From: a virus
Lineage: Duplodnaviria > Caudoviricetes
Direction: 5' to 3' (one strand)
IMG/VR virus record: IMGVR_UViG_3300036778_000062
Location: 1 to 64,000 of that record
DNA length: 64,000 nt
The notes under the pieces are model-generated. The model was not told the origin of the DNA. It worked only from the letters and a program-made list of their open reading frames with translations, and made no database searches. Each line of letters starts with the position of its first letter. Within the stretch, counting starts at the first letter, position 1. The position numbers and the translations under genes are program-made. Positions 41,671 to 51,770 of this stretch are shown one piece after another.

Positions 41671-41859
41671 ATGTCTGCACCTATCCTTAAATATTTTGCA
41701 TACGAGCATTTGCCTGAACAGCTTCAGGCCGTGAGCGCACCGCTTGGAGTTGTTGCGGACTTGATGGACGGGTCTCTTCCTGATGGTGCAGAGAAATCTG
41801 CGGGGCTGCGAAAACTGCTTGAGGCTAAGGACTGCTTTGTCCGAGCCAAACTTGGCTAA
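41671..41859 (+). CDS. Small helical-hairpin phage protein
   Basis: AEKSAGLRKLLEAKDCFVRA. Confidence 0.65.
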   Translation: MSAPILKYFAYEHLPEQLQAVSAPLGVVADLMDGSLPDGAEKSAGLRKLLEAKDCFVRAKLG

Positions 41860-42256
41860 GCCGCCGCTGCTACTGCATGGAATGTTCGGGCTGGGTGATA
41901 ACCTTCATATCCGGGCGATTGTCCGCCAACTCATGCAGCGTTACGACGTCACATTAGAAACTTGCTGGGTTGCGCCGTTTCACGATCTGATTGCACAGGG
42001 CCTGCGCGTTGTTAACAAGCCCACTTCGCTAAGAACCCAAGCCAAAAACGCAAAACGTGAGGCCAGCCTGTTCTCCAAATCGCGCCCGGTCGGTGCCCAC
42101 ACTCGCAAGGTCTGGTATTCGCCGCAGGAAGTGCGGGACAATCGCGGCGTATTATCTGCGATGTGCCGCAACTGCGATGTGTCTTATGACAAGGCGGATT
42201 TTCGCCTACCCGTGAAACCTGAATGGGTCGCCGCTGCGAGGGCTGTAATAAATTGA
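41852..42256 (+). CDS. GT-B (GT9-like) glycosyltransferase, N-terminal half
   Basis: GMFGLGDNL motif. Confidence 0.6.
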   Translation: MAKPPLLLHGMFGLGDNLHIRAIVRQLMQRYDVTLETCWVAPFHDLIAQGLRVVNKPTSLRTQAKNAKREASLFSKSRPVGAHTRKVWYSPQEVRDNRGVLSAMCRNCDVSYDKADFRLPVKPEWVAAARAVIN

Positions 42257-42621
42257 TGATAGTGCCAAAGGTTTGGGGATCTGAGAAAGTTATCGTCAAT
42301 ACGCCGGGCTACTGCGGCAAGTTTCTTCGTGTCGCAGCCGGTATGCAGTGCAGCCTTCACAGGCACCGCATTAAGGATGAGACGTTTTACGTGGTCAGTG
42401 GCGTACTTAACGTCGAATTGGGGCCGACTCCTGACGAAGCACGCAACAATCCAATCGTAATGCATAAGGACGACAGCATTCGCGTTGCGCCCGGCTCGTG
42501 GCATCGCTTTGGTTCGGTCGACGGTGCGGTGATCGCGGAGTTTTCAACGCACCATGACGATGCGGACGTTGAGCGGGCGGAAGAGTCTGGGCCGCTTATG
42601 TACGGGCAGGGCGGTGCTTGA
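42256..42621 (+). CDS. Cupin sugar isomerase-like protein
   Basis: PKVWGSE, SLHRHRIKDETF, PGSWHRF, EFST. Confidence 0.8.
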   Translation: MIVPKVWGSEKVIVNTPGYCGKFLRVAAGMQCSLHRHRIKDETFYVVSGVLNVELGPTPDEARNNPIVMHKDDSIRVAPGSWHRFGSVDGAVIAEFSTHHDDADVERAEESGPLMYGQGGA

Positions 42622-43177
42622 TAAGCCAATCCTGGTCTATCGCCCTCTGGTCGAGCGCACTGAATGGAATGGATGCGCCGCGCGTAACCCAGACCATAAT
42701 GCGTATGCCGAGCTGTATGCTTCAGTGAGAGATCGCTTCCATGTTGTCTCGATAGCGGATCTGGTGCCGGGAAAAGAGTGGATGGTTGGTCATGAGGTTG
42801 AAGTTGACCAGAAATTCCATGCCGGTGAATTGCCTTTCGAGACTCTTGCTGGGCTGTTTTCTATTGCGGCGATGGTATTTGCATCGCCTGGATTCGCGGT
42901 GATCCTGGCGCAAGCTGTAGAGACGCCGGTCGTGGCCGTCTTCGGCTCTTACGAGGCCAGTTATAGTTTTAGCGGTGGCGCGCGTTGGTGCCCGTACTTG
43001 GGAATCGACCCCATCAGGCCGTGCGACGATTTCAACCATAGCAATACGAAAGACAAAACCATTGACGTTGAAGCCGCCAAAGCCCGCATCGCCATATTCG
43101 CCGCCGAGGCGATCGAGCGTCACAATAGACGCGCCGAAGGCGGACTTGAGCGGGCTGCCAACGCGCTATGTGCATGA
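42614..43177 (+). CDS. GT-B glycosyltransferase, C-terminal half
   Basis: LAGLFSIAAMV...LAQAVETPVVAVFG. Confidence 0.6.
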   Translation: MLDKPILVYRPLVERTEWNGCAARNPDHNAYAELYASVRDRFHVVSIADLVPGKEWMVGHEVEVDQKFHAGELPFETLAGLFSIAAMVFASPGFAVILAQAVETPVVAVFGSYEASYSFSGGARWCPYLGIDPIRPCDDFNHSNTKDKTIDVEAAKARIAIFAAEAIERHNRRAEGGLERAANALCA

Positions 43178-43688
43178 GGGCGAATTAGATGTTCTTATTC
43201 ATCTCGTCCGATCTTTGGATGCACGTGTGGTTGCAGAGTTTGGCTGCAACAATGGTCGCACCGCTGCAGCTGTATTGCGAAACGTGCTAACGATTGAGCG
43301 GTACATCGGCGTAGATGTACCTCTGGGATACGTCACGCCGTGTAAAGTACAGCGCCGAGAGGTGCCTCAGCGACCGGGCGAGTTGGCGCTAGCTGACGGG
43401 CGGTTTGAATTGGTGTTGCGCGACCGAGGCACGTTCGATCTATCCGCCAAAGACTTTCCTCAGTGCGATTTGATTTTTATTGATGGCGGACATGACGAGG
43501 CTGCTGTTCGAAATGATCGCGACCTTGCTTTGCGGGTTGTGCGCGCTGGCGGTCTTATTGTTTATCATGACGATAATGGCCTTCGTACCGTTGATGTTAG
43601 TCGCGTGCTTGACGATATCCACGATAACGGCGCTGATGTCAGGCATGTTTCGGGGACTTGGCTGGCATTTGAGTATGTGGGGGGATAA
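43068..43688 (+). CDS. Class I SAM methyltransferase (Methyltransf_24-like); start uncertain
   Basis: EFGCNNGRT, DLIFIDGGH, GGLIVYHD. Confidence 0.8.
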   Translation: MKPPKPASPYSPPRRSSVTIDAPKADLSGLPTRYVHEGELDVLIHLVRSLDARVVAEFGCNNGRTAAAVLRNVLTIERYIGVDVPLGYVTPCKVQRREVPQRPGELALADGRFELVLRDRGTFDLSAKDFPQCDLIFIDGGHDEAAVRNDRDLALRVVRAGGLIVYHDDNGLRTVDVSRVLDDIHDNGADVRHVSGTWLAFEYVGG

Positions 43689-43690
43689 CC

Positions 43691-43969
43691 ATGGCTACTG
43701 AGATCCTCGCAATTGGGTCGACCGCTGCAAGCAGCTCGGATGTTACCGTTGCTAGCGGAGACACGCTGACTGTTGCGCTCAAGGATGCGACGCCTCCACG
43801 TGTTAACGGCGGCGTGGTCAAGATCGAACTAAAGGCAGACAACGGCAGCTATTTCGAGGTCGGCGAACTTGCTGGCGCTAATGGCAAGACAGGCGCAGTG
43901 ATCGACGCGCCTGGCACCTATCGATTTACGCGCCTGGCTGGCTCGGCATGCGGGGTTTTTAGTGCGTAG
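43691..43969 (+). CDS. Small beta-rich virion protein
   Basis: Composition and position. Confidence 0.55.
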   Translation: MATEILAIGSTAASSSDVTVASGDTLTVALKDATPPRVNGGVVKIELKADNGSYFEVGELAGANGKTGAVIDAPGTYRFTRLAGSACGVFSA

Positions 43970-45362
43970 CATTGCGCGGCCACTGCTGCGACCGTGCTCA
44001 AGGCCTATCGTGCAATATAGCGAGCGCGGTGGCGCACACTCTGCGGATCCAGACTGGGCGGCTGCATGGACGCTGGGCACGGGTGACAAGCCGTCTGCCG
44101 TGCTAGAATTCGCCAACGGTCGCTACTTTGATGGCACCACGAACAGCACAGTGCTCTCGACGCTCGTTGCAAACAGTCCAACCGTGACGCCTGGCGTCGG
44201 TATGGTTTGCGACGGCACGAACTTCGCAACGCTTAGCGCGCTCCTCGATGGCATCAAAACGGCTGGCGGCGCAACGATCGTGGTCGAGGCTGACGGCGGC
44301 GACAACAGTACCGCGACAGGCTTGATGGGCTTTACCAGCGGTAACCCGGACAGTCCGTTTATCGCCAATGGCAGCGGCACCACCGCCACCATGAATTGCT
44401 GGAACGGCACCAACATGGCCGGCCCGGTCGCGGTCGATGTGTCCAAGCGCTACCCCTACGCCGCTGCGTGGAACAATACAGGCATCATCAAGTCTGCGAC
44501 ACTGGCGAACGTCGCGACGAACTCGCAAAACTTCACCAACCCGATTACGGGCGCGGTGCTAGGCTCGTGGAACGGTGGCTTTGCCTGGGGCGGTCATATC
44601 CGCTCGATCGCGGTCTATCCGGTGGTGGTCAGTGATGGCTATCTCGCGCAGATGTCTTGGCCGTCGAAATTTTCGCGGCCGTATGATGGCGTGGCAGCAC
44701 TCGCGATCAGCGGCGGGTGGGTTGGCTGTGGCAGCACTCTCGCGTCGTACTTCAAGACCGGCGCCGCGTGGACGATGTTCTACAATGGCGTGCTGTCGTC
44801 TTCGTCGTCCGGGCAGCTTTGCGTGCTGTTCACGAACGTGCACGAAGGGGCAACACCTCCGTGGTATGGGACCGAAGTCTATGTGCACGATAGCGGCATC
44901 ATCCGTGTCCAGATCATGTCGGGTTGGGACGGCAGCAGCCTGACCAACCTCATCCGTGTCGAGGGCAGTACCAAAGTTTACGACGATCAGGGTCACACCA
45001 TCACAGTGGCGAGGGATGACAGCAACCTTGCCGCCGGCATTGAAATCCTGGTTGATGGCGTTCCAGAGACCCTGACGGTCGCCGCCGACAACATCACAGG
45101 TCCCATCGACACCACCTTGGGCGAATTTGAGATCGCGGGTCAGTTCGGCGGCTTTTCCAATGTGCGGATGGACACCATGATCATGTCCAGCACCAAGCGC
45201 CCACATTCCTACACAACTGACGCTATCGCCGCCGGCCGACGTCCCGCAGCGGATGCCGACACGCTGGGCTACTATGACTTCCGCGAGGGCACGGGCACCA
45301 CGACCGCCGATAAATCCGGTAACGGCAACACGGGCACGATCCATTCTGGAACGTGGATATGA
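43962..45362 (+). CDS. LamG/ConA-like lectin-domain virion protein
   Basis: GHIRSIAVY; GYYDFREGTGTTTADKSGNGNTGT. Confidence 0.7.
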   Translation: MRSIARPLLRPCSRPIVQYSERGGAHSADPDWAAAWTLGTGDKPSAVLEFANGRYFDGTTNSTVLSTLVANSPTVTPGVGMVCDGTNFATLSALLDGIKTAGGATIVVEADGGDNSTATGLMGFTSGNPDSPFIANGSGTTATMNCWNGTNMAGPVAVDVSKRYPYAAAWNNTGIIKSATLANVATNSQNFTNPITGAVLGSWNGGFAWGGHIRSIAVYPVVVSDGYLAQMSWPSKFSRPYDGVAALAISGGWVGCGSTLASYFKTGAAWTMFYNGVLSSSSSGQLCVLFTNVHEGATPPWYGTEVYVHDSGIIRVQIMSGWDGSSLTNLIRVEGSTKVYDDQGHTITVARDDSNLAAGIEILVDGVPETLTVAADNITGPIDTTLGEFEIAGQFGGFSNVRMDTMIMSSTKRPHSYTTDAIAAGRRPAADADTLGYYDFREGTGTTTADKSGNGNTGTIHSGTWI

Positions 45363-45697
45363 AGGCCGGTCCACTCAACAAGCGCGCAACGTTCCAGGCG
45401 CTCGTCACCACACCAGACGGCGCTGGTGGCAGCACGCAGTCGTGGACGAATTACACCACTGTGTGGGCCCAACTATCGCCTGAGCGCGCGCGAGAGAAAA
45501 TCCAGCAAGGACGAATTGCAGACAATCAGGCTGGTGTGTTGCGGATTAGGTCAAGCAGCGTGACGCGCCTGATCAATGATACGTATCGCGTTGCCGTGGA
45601 TGGCGTGACGTACGACGTGCGTAGCAACAGCAACCCAGATCAGCGCAACGATATGCTGGAATTCATCGTTGAGACTGATGGGACGGTGCCGGTATAA
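45359..45697 (+). CDS. Head closure protein
   Basis: AGPLNKR, DGAGG, TVWA. Confidence 0.85.
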   Translation: MKAGPLNKRATFQALVTTPDGAGGSTQSWTNYTTVWAQLSPERAREKIQQGRIADNQAGVLRIRSSSVTRLINDTYRVAVDGVTYDVRSNSNPDQRNDMLEFIVETDGTVPV

Positions 45698-45698
45698 A

Positions 45699-45911
45699 TT
45701 ATTTATCGGCGGTCTTTTTGAACCGTTGAAGAATGTAGTTCTCCGGCATCGTTGTTTCACGAGCAAGAATAAGCTTAGCAATCGCGTCGAAACAGGCAAG
45801 CCGCTCGCTACTGTCCTTTACGCTGGCACACGTCAGAATATCAGACTCTGACGAAGCCATTGCCGGCGACGCAATCAATACCAATGCAGCAATGCTAATA
45901 ATCAGGCGCAT
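45699..45911 (-). CDS. Small secreted moron protein
   Basis: Signal peptide ending AMA; C...D..ERLACFD; promoter-like TTGACA/TATAAT upstream. Confidence 0.6.
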   Translation of the reverse strand: MRLIISIAALVLIASPAMASSESDILTCASVKDSSERLACFDAIAKLILARETTMPENYILQRFKKTADK

Positions 45912-46079
45912 CTTTGAAAACCCTTGAAATGCATCGTGATTATACATATCGCGCGAAACGCAATGTCAATATCAAATATCTCGCCGGCTATACCTATCGG
46001 CGGGTGCCAGAGGCTGCGGTAAGAGCTATTTTGGCGGCTGAGGCTGGCTCCATCGTGTCGTCGTACGAGACTGACGATC

Positions 46080-46490
46080 GTGCTTGACCCATCCCTGCCG
46101 CTCCAGACCGCGATTTTTGCGGCCCTCTCGGCACCTGGAGTGTTGCCCGCCGTTGTTGGCGGTCGACTATACGACGAGCCACCGCAGAACGCTCAAACGC
46201 CGTATTTGTCACTAGGCGACTGTCAAGTCCTCCCTGACAAGGCTGGCTGCATCGACGGCTCCGAGTGCTATCCGATCATCGACGTGTGGTCGACGTACAA
46301 AGGGTACGCTGAAGCCAAGACTATTGCTGCGGCTATCTTGGCAAAACTTGATGACCAGCCTGAAAATCTGAGTGTGGCGGGTTTCAGCGTCGTGATTTTT
46401 GAAATTAGCGATTACCGACCGATGCGAGACAGCGACGGTATCACAAGGCGCGTAAACCTAACTTTCCGGGCGCTAGTTCAGCCGTCCTAG
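46080..46490 (+). CDS. Tail completion protein (DUF3168-like)
   Basis: LQTAIFAAL, RLYDEPP, IDVWS. Confidence 0.8.
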   Translation: MLDPSLPLQTAIFAALSAPGVLPAVVGGRLYDEPPQNAQTPYLSLGDCQVLPDKAGCIDGSECYPIIDVWSTYKGYAEAKTIAAAILAKLDDQPENLSVAGFSVVIFEISDYRPMRDSDGITRRVNLTFRALVQPS

Positions 46491-46622
46491 CCGCACATCG
46501 GCACAACCAATCCTGCGACGTAACCCCAATACGCGCACGGCGCTGCACACAGAGCAGCACATTAGGCCCAGCCAAGCAGGCGGCCATTTTCCCAAAGCAC
46601 TACATTTTAAGAGGTTACGTCT

Positions 46623-47069
46623 ATGGCTGGCACCATTAAGCCGACCGTTATTGCGGGTACCAAACTCCTGATTCTTGTCGGCGATGGAGCGAGCCCGGAA
46701 ACATTTGCCCAACCTTGCGGGCTCACCAACAATGGATTTTCGCTCACCTCCGCGACCGGCTCGACCGTCATCCCCTTTTGTGATGACCCCGAAGCCGCAG
46801 CCTGGGACTCGAAGGAAGTCACCTCGCTGTCTGCGCAGGTCACCGGATCCGGTGTCATGGCCGTCGAATCGTTCAACATCTGGAACGATTGGGCTTTGAG
46901 CGGTGAAGCAAAGAACGCTCAGGTCAAACTCGATGACGCATCTCTTGGCCACTATGAAGGCCCGTGGGTGCTTTCGAGTTTCAAACTCACTGGTCAGCGC
47001 GGGCAAAAGGTAACCGTTGATATCACGATGGACAACGCTGACATCATTACGTGGGTTGACGCGACCTAA
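46623..47069 (+). CDS. Major tail tube protein
   Basis: GDGASPETF..PCG, CDDP. Confidence 0.8.
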   Translation: MAGTIKPTVIAGTKLLILVGDGASPETFAQPCGLTNNGFSLTSATGSTVIPFCDDPEAAAWDSKEVTSLSAQVTGSGVMAVESFNIWNDWALSGEAKNAQVKLDDASLGHYEGPWVLSSFKLTGQRGQKVTVDITMDNADIITWVDAT

Positions 47070-47081
47070 CGGCTGCAAGCG

Positions 47082-47609
47082 ATGAGCCGCAATCCCAGCG
47101 TCGATCGGTTCAGGGAAGACATGCACGACTTGGCCGCTCAGATGGCCAAAAACTTCCATGAGACGCTGCTGCTCCAGGCTGATGAGCTTATGCAAGATAT
47201 GTCTGACGCTATTGAACATAGCGTCAGTGGAAATTTGAAAGCGTCGCTCAGAAAAAAAGACGTGACCGAGCATTTTGGCGATATCGAACGCCCATCTGTT
47301 CTTGTCATTGCCGGTGGCCCGAAAACAACAAGGCGGACAAAAGCTGGCGTAGCTTTCGATTACGCAGTTGCAGAAGAATTTGGCACGCGAAACGAAGCAC
47401 CGAGACCATTCTTCTACAGCACGGCTCGACGATATCGCTCTCTAGCCCCGCCCGACTGGCAAGAGACCCTTGCAGCCACGATAGAAGAAAACAACAACAT
47501 GCGCAAAAACAGAGGCGATTATAATTACTCCACCTCTGATTTCAGGCGGACAGGCGCGGATGCTGGTGGCGCCATCGTTATCCAAAAAGGCAAAAGGCCA
47601 TCCTCATGA
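47082..47609 (+). CDS. HK97 gp10-like tail protein
   Basis: SGNLKAS, EFGT, RPFF. Confidence 0.75.
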   Translation: MSRNPSVDRFREDMHDLAAQMAKNFHETLLLQADELMQDMSDAIEHSVSGNLKASLRKKDVTEHFGDIERPSVLVIAGGPKTTRRTKAGVAFDYAVAEEFGTRNEAPRPFFYSTARRYRSLAPPDWQETLAATIEENNNMRKNRGDYNYSTSDFRRTGADAGGAIVIQKGKRPSS

Positions 47610-48210
47610 GCGCTGATGGCTCTGTTGAATTGGTCTGGGCTGACGAGACTCGCAAATTCAGAATTGCGATCGGCGAGTTTCGTGACCTTCAGGAAAGCGT
47701 CAACACCAGGAGAGTTGCGATCGGTGCTGAGCCGATTGGCCCGTCTACCATATTGGCGGCACTGCGAACAAACAACGCGTGGCCCGATGACGTACGCGAT
47801 GTTTTGAAGGCCGGCCTGATCGGGGGTGGCTTGGCATTCGACAAAGCGCAGCGCTTGCTGGTGAGGCACTTTGACAACAAGCCGCTGTTGGCGCACACCA
47901 AGACTGCGTTCCTGCTTCTGCTGGCGGCCTTGGTTGGCGTTCCAGACGATGAAGTCTCAAAAAAAAAGATAGCGGAGACGGAAGAACCAGCCGCGGACTC
48001 TCCGAGCGAGACGAGCCAATCCGATTATCAGCCATCTATGGAAATGGCGCTGCAATAGGCTTTACCCCGGCGCAGGTTGACGCCTGCTCATTCTGGCAGA
48101 TGCGCGCCTGCGTTGAGGGCTACAACAAAGCCAATGGGTCGGAAGACAAACTTGAGCCGCCGACAGACGAAGAATTTGAGCGCATGCTTATTGCGCACAA
48201 TGTGGAATAG
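47606..48210 (+). CDS. Tail assembly chaperone G (to 48058) and -1 frameshift product GT (to 48210)
   Basis: A AAA AAG at 47962-47968; -1 frame reads IYGNGAAIGFTPAQVD..SFWQ. Confidence 0.85.
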
Positions 48211-48214
48211 ATAA

Positions 48215-50332
48215 TTGGCAAACGACCTCGTTGTCCAGCTCGGCGCCAGGCTGGATCAATTCCAGAGCGACATGAATCAAGCTGGCGACATCGCAGATAG
48301 CGCTGTCAGCAAGATTGAGCAGTCGTTTGCCAGCCTCAACCCCACGGCGGGAGGGTTTGGTGCGCTCGGCTTGTCTATTGCTGGAGCTACTGGATCTGTT
48401 GGAGCGCTTCTGACCGCTCTTGCTAGCGTCAATAGTGAACTGGCGGATATTCAGAAGAACGCTGCATTCTCCGGTATCTCGACGGACAGATTCCAGCAAA
48501 TACAGTTTGCTGCGGGGCAGGGCGGTGTCAGTAATTCGCAGTCCACGGCCGACCTGGCCAATGTATCCAAGTTGCTTGCTGATGCGAAGTATAACGAGAA
48601 CTCACTGACCAAGCTGCTTGATGAAAACAACATCAAGTACAAGGACAGAAACGGCCAGATTATCAATCTCAATCAGCTTTTGACGATTGCTGGTGGTCTG
48701 CTCGGCAAATTCGACTCTATCCCCGACAAGACGAAGGCTGCGCAGATGCTCGGCCTATCTCAGGGATGGGTTGAGGCACTCCGCAACGGCAGCAAGTCAT
48801 TCGAGGATGTTGCCCAGAGCGCCAACGATGCTGGCGTCATCATTGACTCGCAGACTATCGCAAAGGCGGCTGCATTCGATCGTGCGTGGAAGGCGTCAAG
48901 CGCGCAGTTGTCTGCTGAATTTAAAGCGGTCGCCGCTGACGTGGCTGTTTATCTCGACGGGCTGATTGATAAGGCCAACGGATTTATTGATTCGTTGAAC
49001 AAGGCCAATGGCACTGCGTCTGGAAGTGGTCAGACAAAATTCGATGCGTATGCTGATGCGCTGGCGATCGTCGCCAAGGATGCTAGCGGGGCGGCACAGG
49101 ATGTCGAGCAACTAACACGCGTTATTGATAGACTGCAGGCGTCCGGTAAGGGCGACCCTGAAATCGTCGCTGGTTTGGAGCTTATCCGCGCTAAAGCTCA
49201 GCTTGCAGCTCAGATGATTCAACAGGTCAACGAGCAGCAGTCGCAGGCAGCATTTCCTAGCGGCGTGCCGTTGCCGGCTGCAAGGCCCGCTGCAGCCAAT
49301 ACTCCAACTGGTGATGGGAGACTTCCGCATCGTGGTGGTGCTGGACCAGACCCAATAAAGGACGCTATTGATTCTCTGCAGAAGCATACGCTGGCAACGC
49401 AGGCCGATGCAGACGCTGTAGGCAAAGGCGCGGGAGCGCTAGCTGGTCTTCGGGTTGACGCAGCAGAGACGGCTGCCGTTTTAAAGAACGGCGGCAAGGA
49501 AACCGACGCTCAGGCAGACGCCTTTGGAGACCTTAGAGATCAGGCTGTTGCAGCCGCAGACGCACTGGCCAAGGCTAAGGTCAATAGCGACATCTCCCGC
49601 GGCCAGCAGACTGCGTTGTTCACGCCAGAAGACCTTGCGATAGCCAACCAGCTTAAGGGTATTTACGGCGACGACATCCCGAGGGCAATGGCATCAAGCG
49701 AGGCTGCGGCGCTGCGCTTTAACGACGCCATCAAACAACTCGGCCAGCTCGGCCAGCAGGTAAACTCGGGCTTTCTGGTTGACTTCGAAACCCAGATTCG
49801 CAATGGCGCGAGCGCTATGCAGGCGCTAGAGACCGCGGGTGTGAACGCGCTCGGAAAGATTGCGGACAAACTAGCGCAGATGGCCGCAGACAATCTGTGG
49901 TCAGCGGCGTTTGGTGGGTCGTCTGGTGGCGCTGGTAGCTTCTTTAGCAACATCTTTGGCGGCTCTGCTGGCGCTGCTGCTCAGGCCAAGTCGGCTAGCA
50001 CGCTTGCGAACAATACTGGAGGCGAGTTTTTCGGGCCTGGTTTCGCGAACGGCACAGACTATGCTCCCGGTGGCTTGTCGCTTGTCGGCGAGCACGGCCC
50101 CGAGATACTCAACATTCCCCGCGGCAGCCAGGTCATTCCTAATGATGTATTGCGTGGAGGTAATGGCAGCAATGTCAGCGCTCCTGTCAGCATCAGCATT
50201 GATGCGCGTAACGCAGATGCTGCGGGGCTGGCGAATTTGCAGGTGCAGTTGAATCAATTGAAAGCTGAGTTGCCGGCGAGGGTGGTGCAGGCTGTGACGC
50301 TGGCGAAGAGTAGAAGGACGCCGGGAGTCTAA
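48215..50332 (+). CDS. Tape measure protein
   Basis: Long Ala/Gln-rich helical ORF; LVGEHGPE. Confidence 0.88.
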   Translation: MANDLVVQLGARLDQFQSDMNQAGDIADSAVSKIEQSFASLNPTAGGFGALGLSIAGATGSVGALLTALASVNSELADIQKNAAFSGISTDRFQQIQFAAGQGGVSNSQSTADLANVSKLLADAKYNENSLTKLLDENNIKYKDRNGQIINLNQLLTIAGGLLGKFDSIPDKTKAAQMLGLSQGWVEALRNGSKSFEDVAQSANDAGVIIDSQTIAKAAAFDRAWKASSAQLSAEFKAVAADVAVYLDGLIDKANGFIDSLNKANGTASGSGQTKFDAYADALAIVAKDASGAAQDVEQLTRVIDRLQASGKGDPEIVAGLELIRAKAQLAAQMIQQVNEQQSQAAFPSGVPLPAARPAAANTPTGDGRLPHRGGAGPDPIKDAIDSLQKHTLATQADADAVGKGAGALAGLRVDAAETAAVLKNGGKETDAQADAFGDLRDQAVAAADALAKAKVNSDISRGQQTALFTPEDLAIANQLKGIYGDDIPRAMASSEAAALRFNDAIKQLGQLGQQVNSGFLVDFETQIRNGASAMQALETAGVNALGKIADKLAQMAADNLWSAAFGGSSGGAGSFFSNIFGGSAGAAAQAKSASTLANNTGGEFFGPGFANGTDYAPGGLSLVGEHGPEILNIPRGSQVIPNDVLRGGNGSNVSAPVSISIDARNADAAGLANLQVQLNQLKAELPARVVQAVTLAKSRRTPGV

Positions 50333-50988
50333 TGACCATCACATACCCGCTCGACATCCTGTCAACTTTTCCGGGGTACACTACCTCCTTCGAGCCCCTC
50401 TACCGCCAAGAGCAATCTCGCACGCAGGGCGGCGTGACTTACGTCAAGGACTACGATGATCCACTGTGGTGCCTGTCGGCTCAGTCGCGCTCGTTGTCCA
50501 TCAATGAACTGGACTTCTGGCGTGCGAGGCTGGCAGCCCTTGAGAACGGCCTGCAGACGTTCGTTGGGTATTCGATGTCGCGGACCTGGCCGATCCTTTA
50601 CCCGCGCGGCAGTTGGCCGACTGGCGCTTCGTTTGACGGTGTATCGGCTCACCTGTCGGCAATCAATGACGCTCGCACCGCCATTCAGGTTGCGGGCTTG
50701 CCGGCGGGGTATAAATTCTCGATAGGCGACTATCTGGCGATCGGTACTGATCTCCATCAGGTGATGGAGCCAGCCACGGCGGCAGCGGGCACGACAACTG
50801 CCTTTGAGGTCCGTCCTCGCATCTGGCCTGACGTGTCGGCGTCCGACAGCCCTGCGCCAGTTGTGTCAGTCAAGAAGCCATCCTGCCTGATGACGATTGA
50901 TCCTGGCTCGATTACGTCGCCGGCCGATCCTGCCACAGGCCGCGGTGTGATTTCGTTCACGGCGACAGAGTCGCGGCCGACGTCATAG
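50332..50988 (+). CDS. Distal tail protein
   Basis: Position after the tape measure gene. Confidence 0.65.
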   Translation: MTITYPLDILSTFPGYTTSFEPLYRQEQSRTQGGVTYVKDYDDPLWCLSAQSRSLSINELDFWRARLAALENGLQTFVGYSMSRTWPILYPRGSWPTGASFDGVSAHLSAINDARTAIQVAGLPAGYKFSIGDYLAIGTDLHQVMEPATAAAGTTTAFEVRPRIWPDVSASDSPAPVVSVKKPSCLMTIDPGSITSPADPATGRGVISFTATESRPTS

Positions 50989-51646
50989 TTCAATAGATAG
51001 GCCGAAATATCGGCGCACCGCTCGACTCTCAATGATGGCTCGCAGCAGAACTGCGGCTGGTCCCTTGACTCCATCCCGCTCCCAGCGGCGCCACTGGGCG
51101 CCATCGTTAATACCGACGAGGGCGGCGGCTTCTGTTGCGGAAAGCCTTAGAGCAGATCGCGCGGCCCTAACTTCGTCCGCACGGATGGGGGATGTGCGGT
51201 CAATCATGCTGGGTAAAGTCGTGGATATCAGTGGTGGCGCGTTCGAAGGCATCGCTGGCGAGTTTTCCCACCGCAGCTAGCTTCGGCTCGCACCTGGACA
51301 TGTCGTATATCCGCTGCAGGGCCGTCAAGGCTGTTTTTAGCCGCGCATCTGTTCCGCGCTTAATCGCGACTATCTGCGCGTGGTTGTTTCTCCAAAGAAT
51401 GGCTTCTTTTCGCCAGTCGCTGGCTCGCTCTTCCATTTACGCATCTCCAGTCTTGATCACGTAATCAATATCGGTCTCGCGATCCTCGGCGCTCAATACG
51501 CGACTGATGAATGCAACTTCGTTTCCTTCAGCATCATCGAAACATTCGTAACGATAGTCTCCGTCTCGCTCAATGCGAGGTTCCTGCCTCACATGCATGG
51601 GGCAGTTTGCAACAATGAAAGCTTCAAATTCTGCCTTGGTGGTCAT
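50983..51646 (-). other. Antisense moron: two hypothetical ORFs plus HTH regulator
   Basis: 51437-51646, 51200-51436 and HTH (EAAALVGI..WRRWE). Confidence 0.65.
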
Positions 51647-51708
51647 CTTTCCGACTCCACCCCCTCATTGCCGGGAGGCGCCTGCACCAGCTCGGTGCTG
51701 GTGTACGT

Positions 51709-51737
51709 AACATAGGTGATTATCACCTATGTGTCAA
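51709..51737 (-). promoter_or_regulatory. Moron promoter with palindromic operator
   Basis: TTGACA-17-TATGTT; ACATAGGTGAT-T-ATCACCTATGT. Confidence 0.7.
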
Positions 51738-51770
51738 CATCTAATTCAACATCAATAATTTTTACGGTTT

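Noticed and set aside
47959-47968. A9 run as a sequencing error or novelty
   Set aside because: This is the well-known tail chaperone G/GT -1 slippery site.
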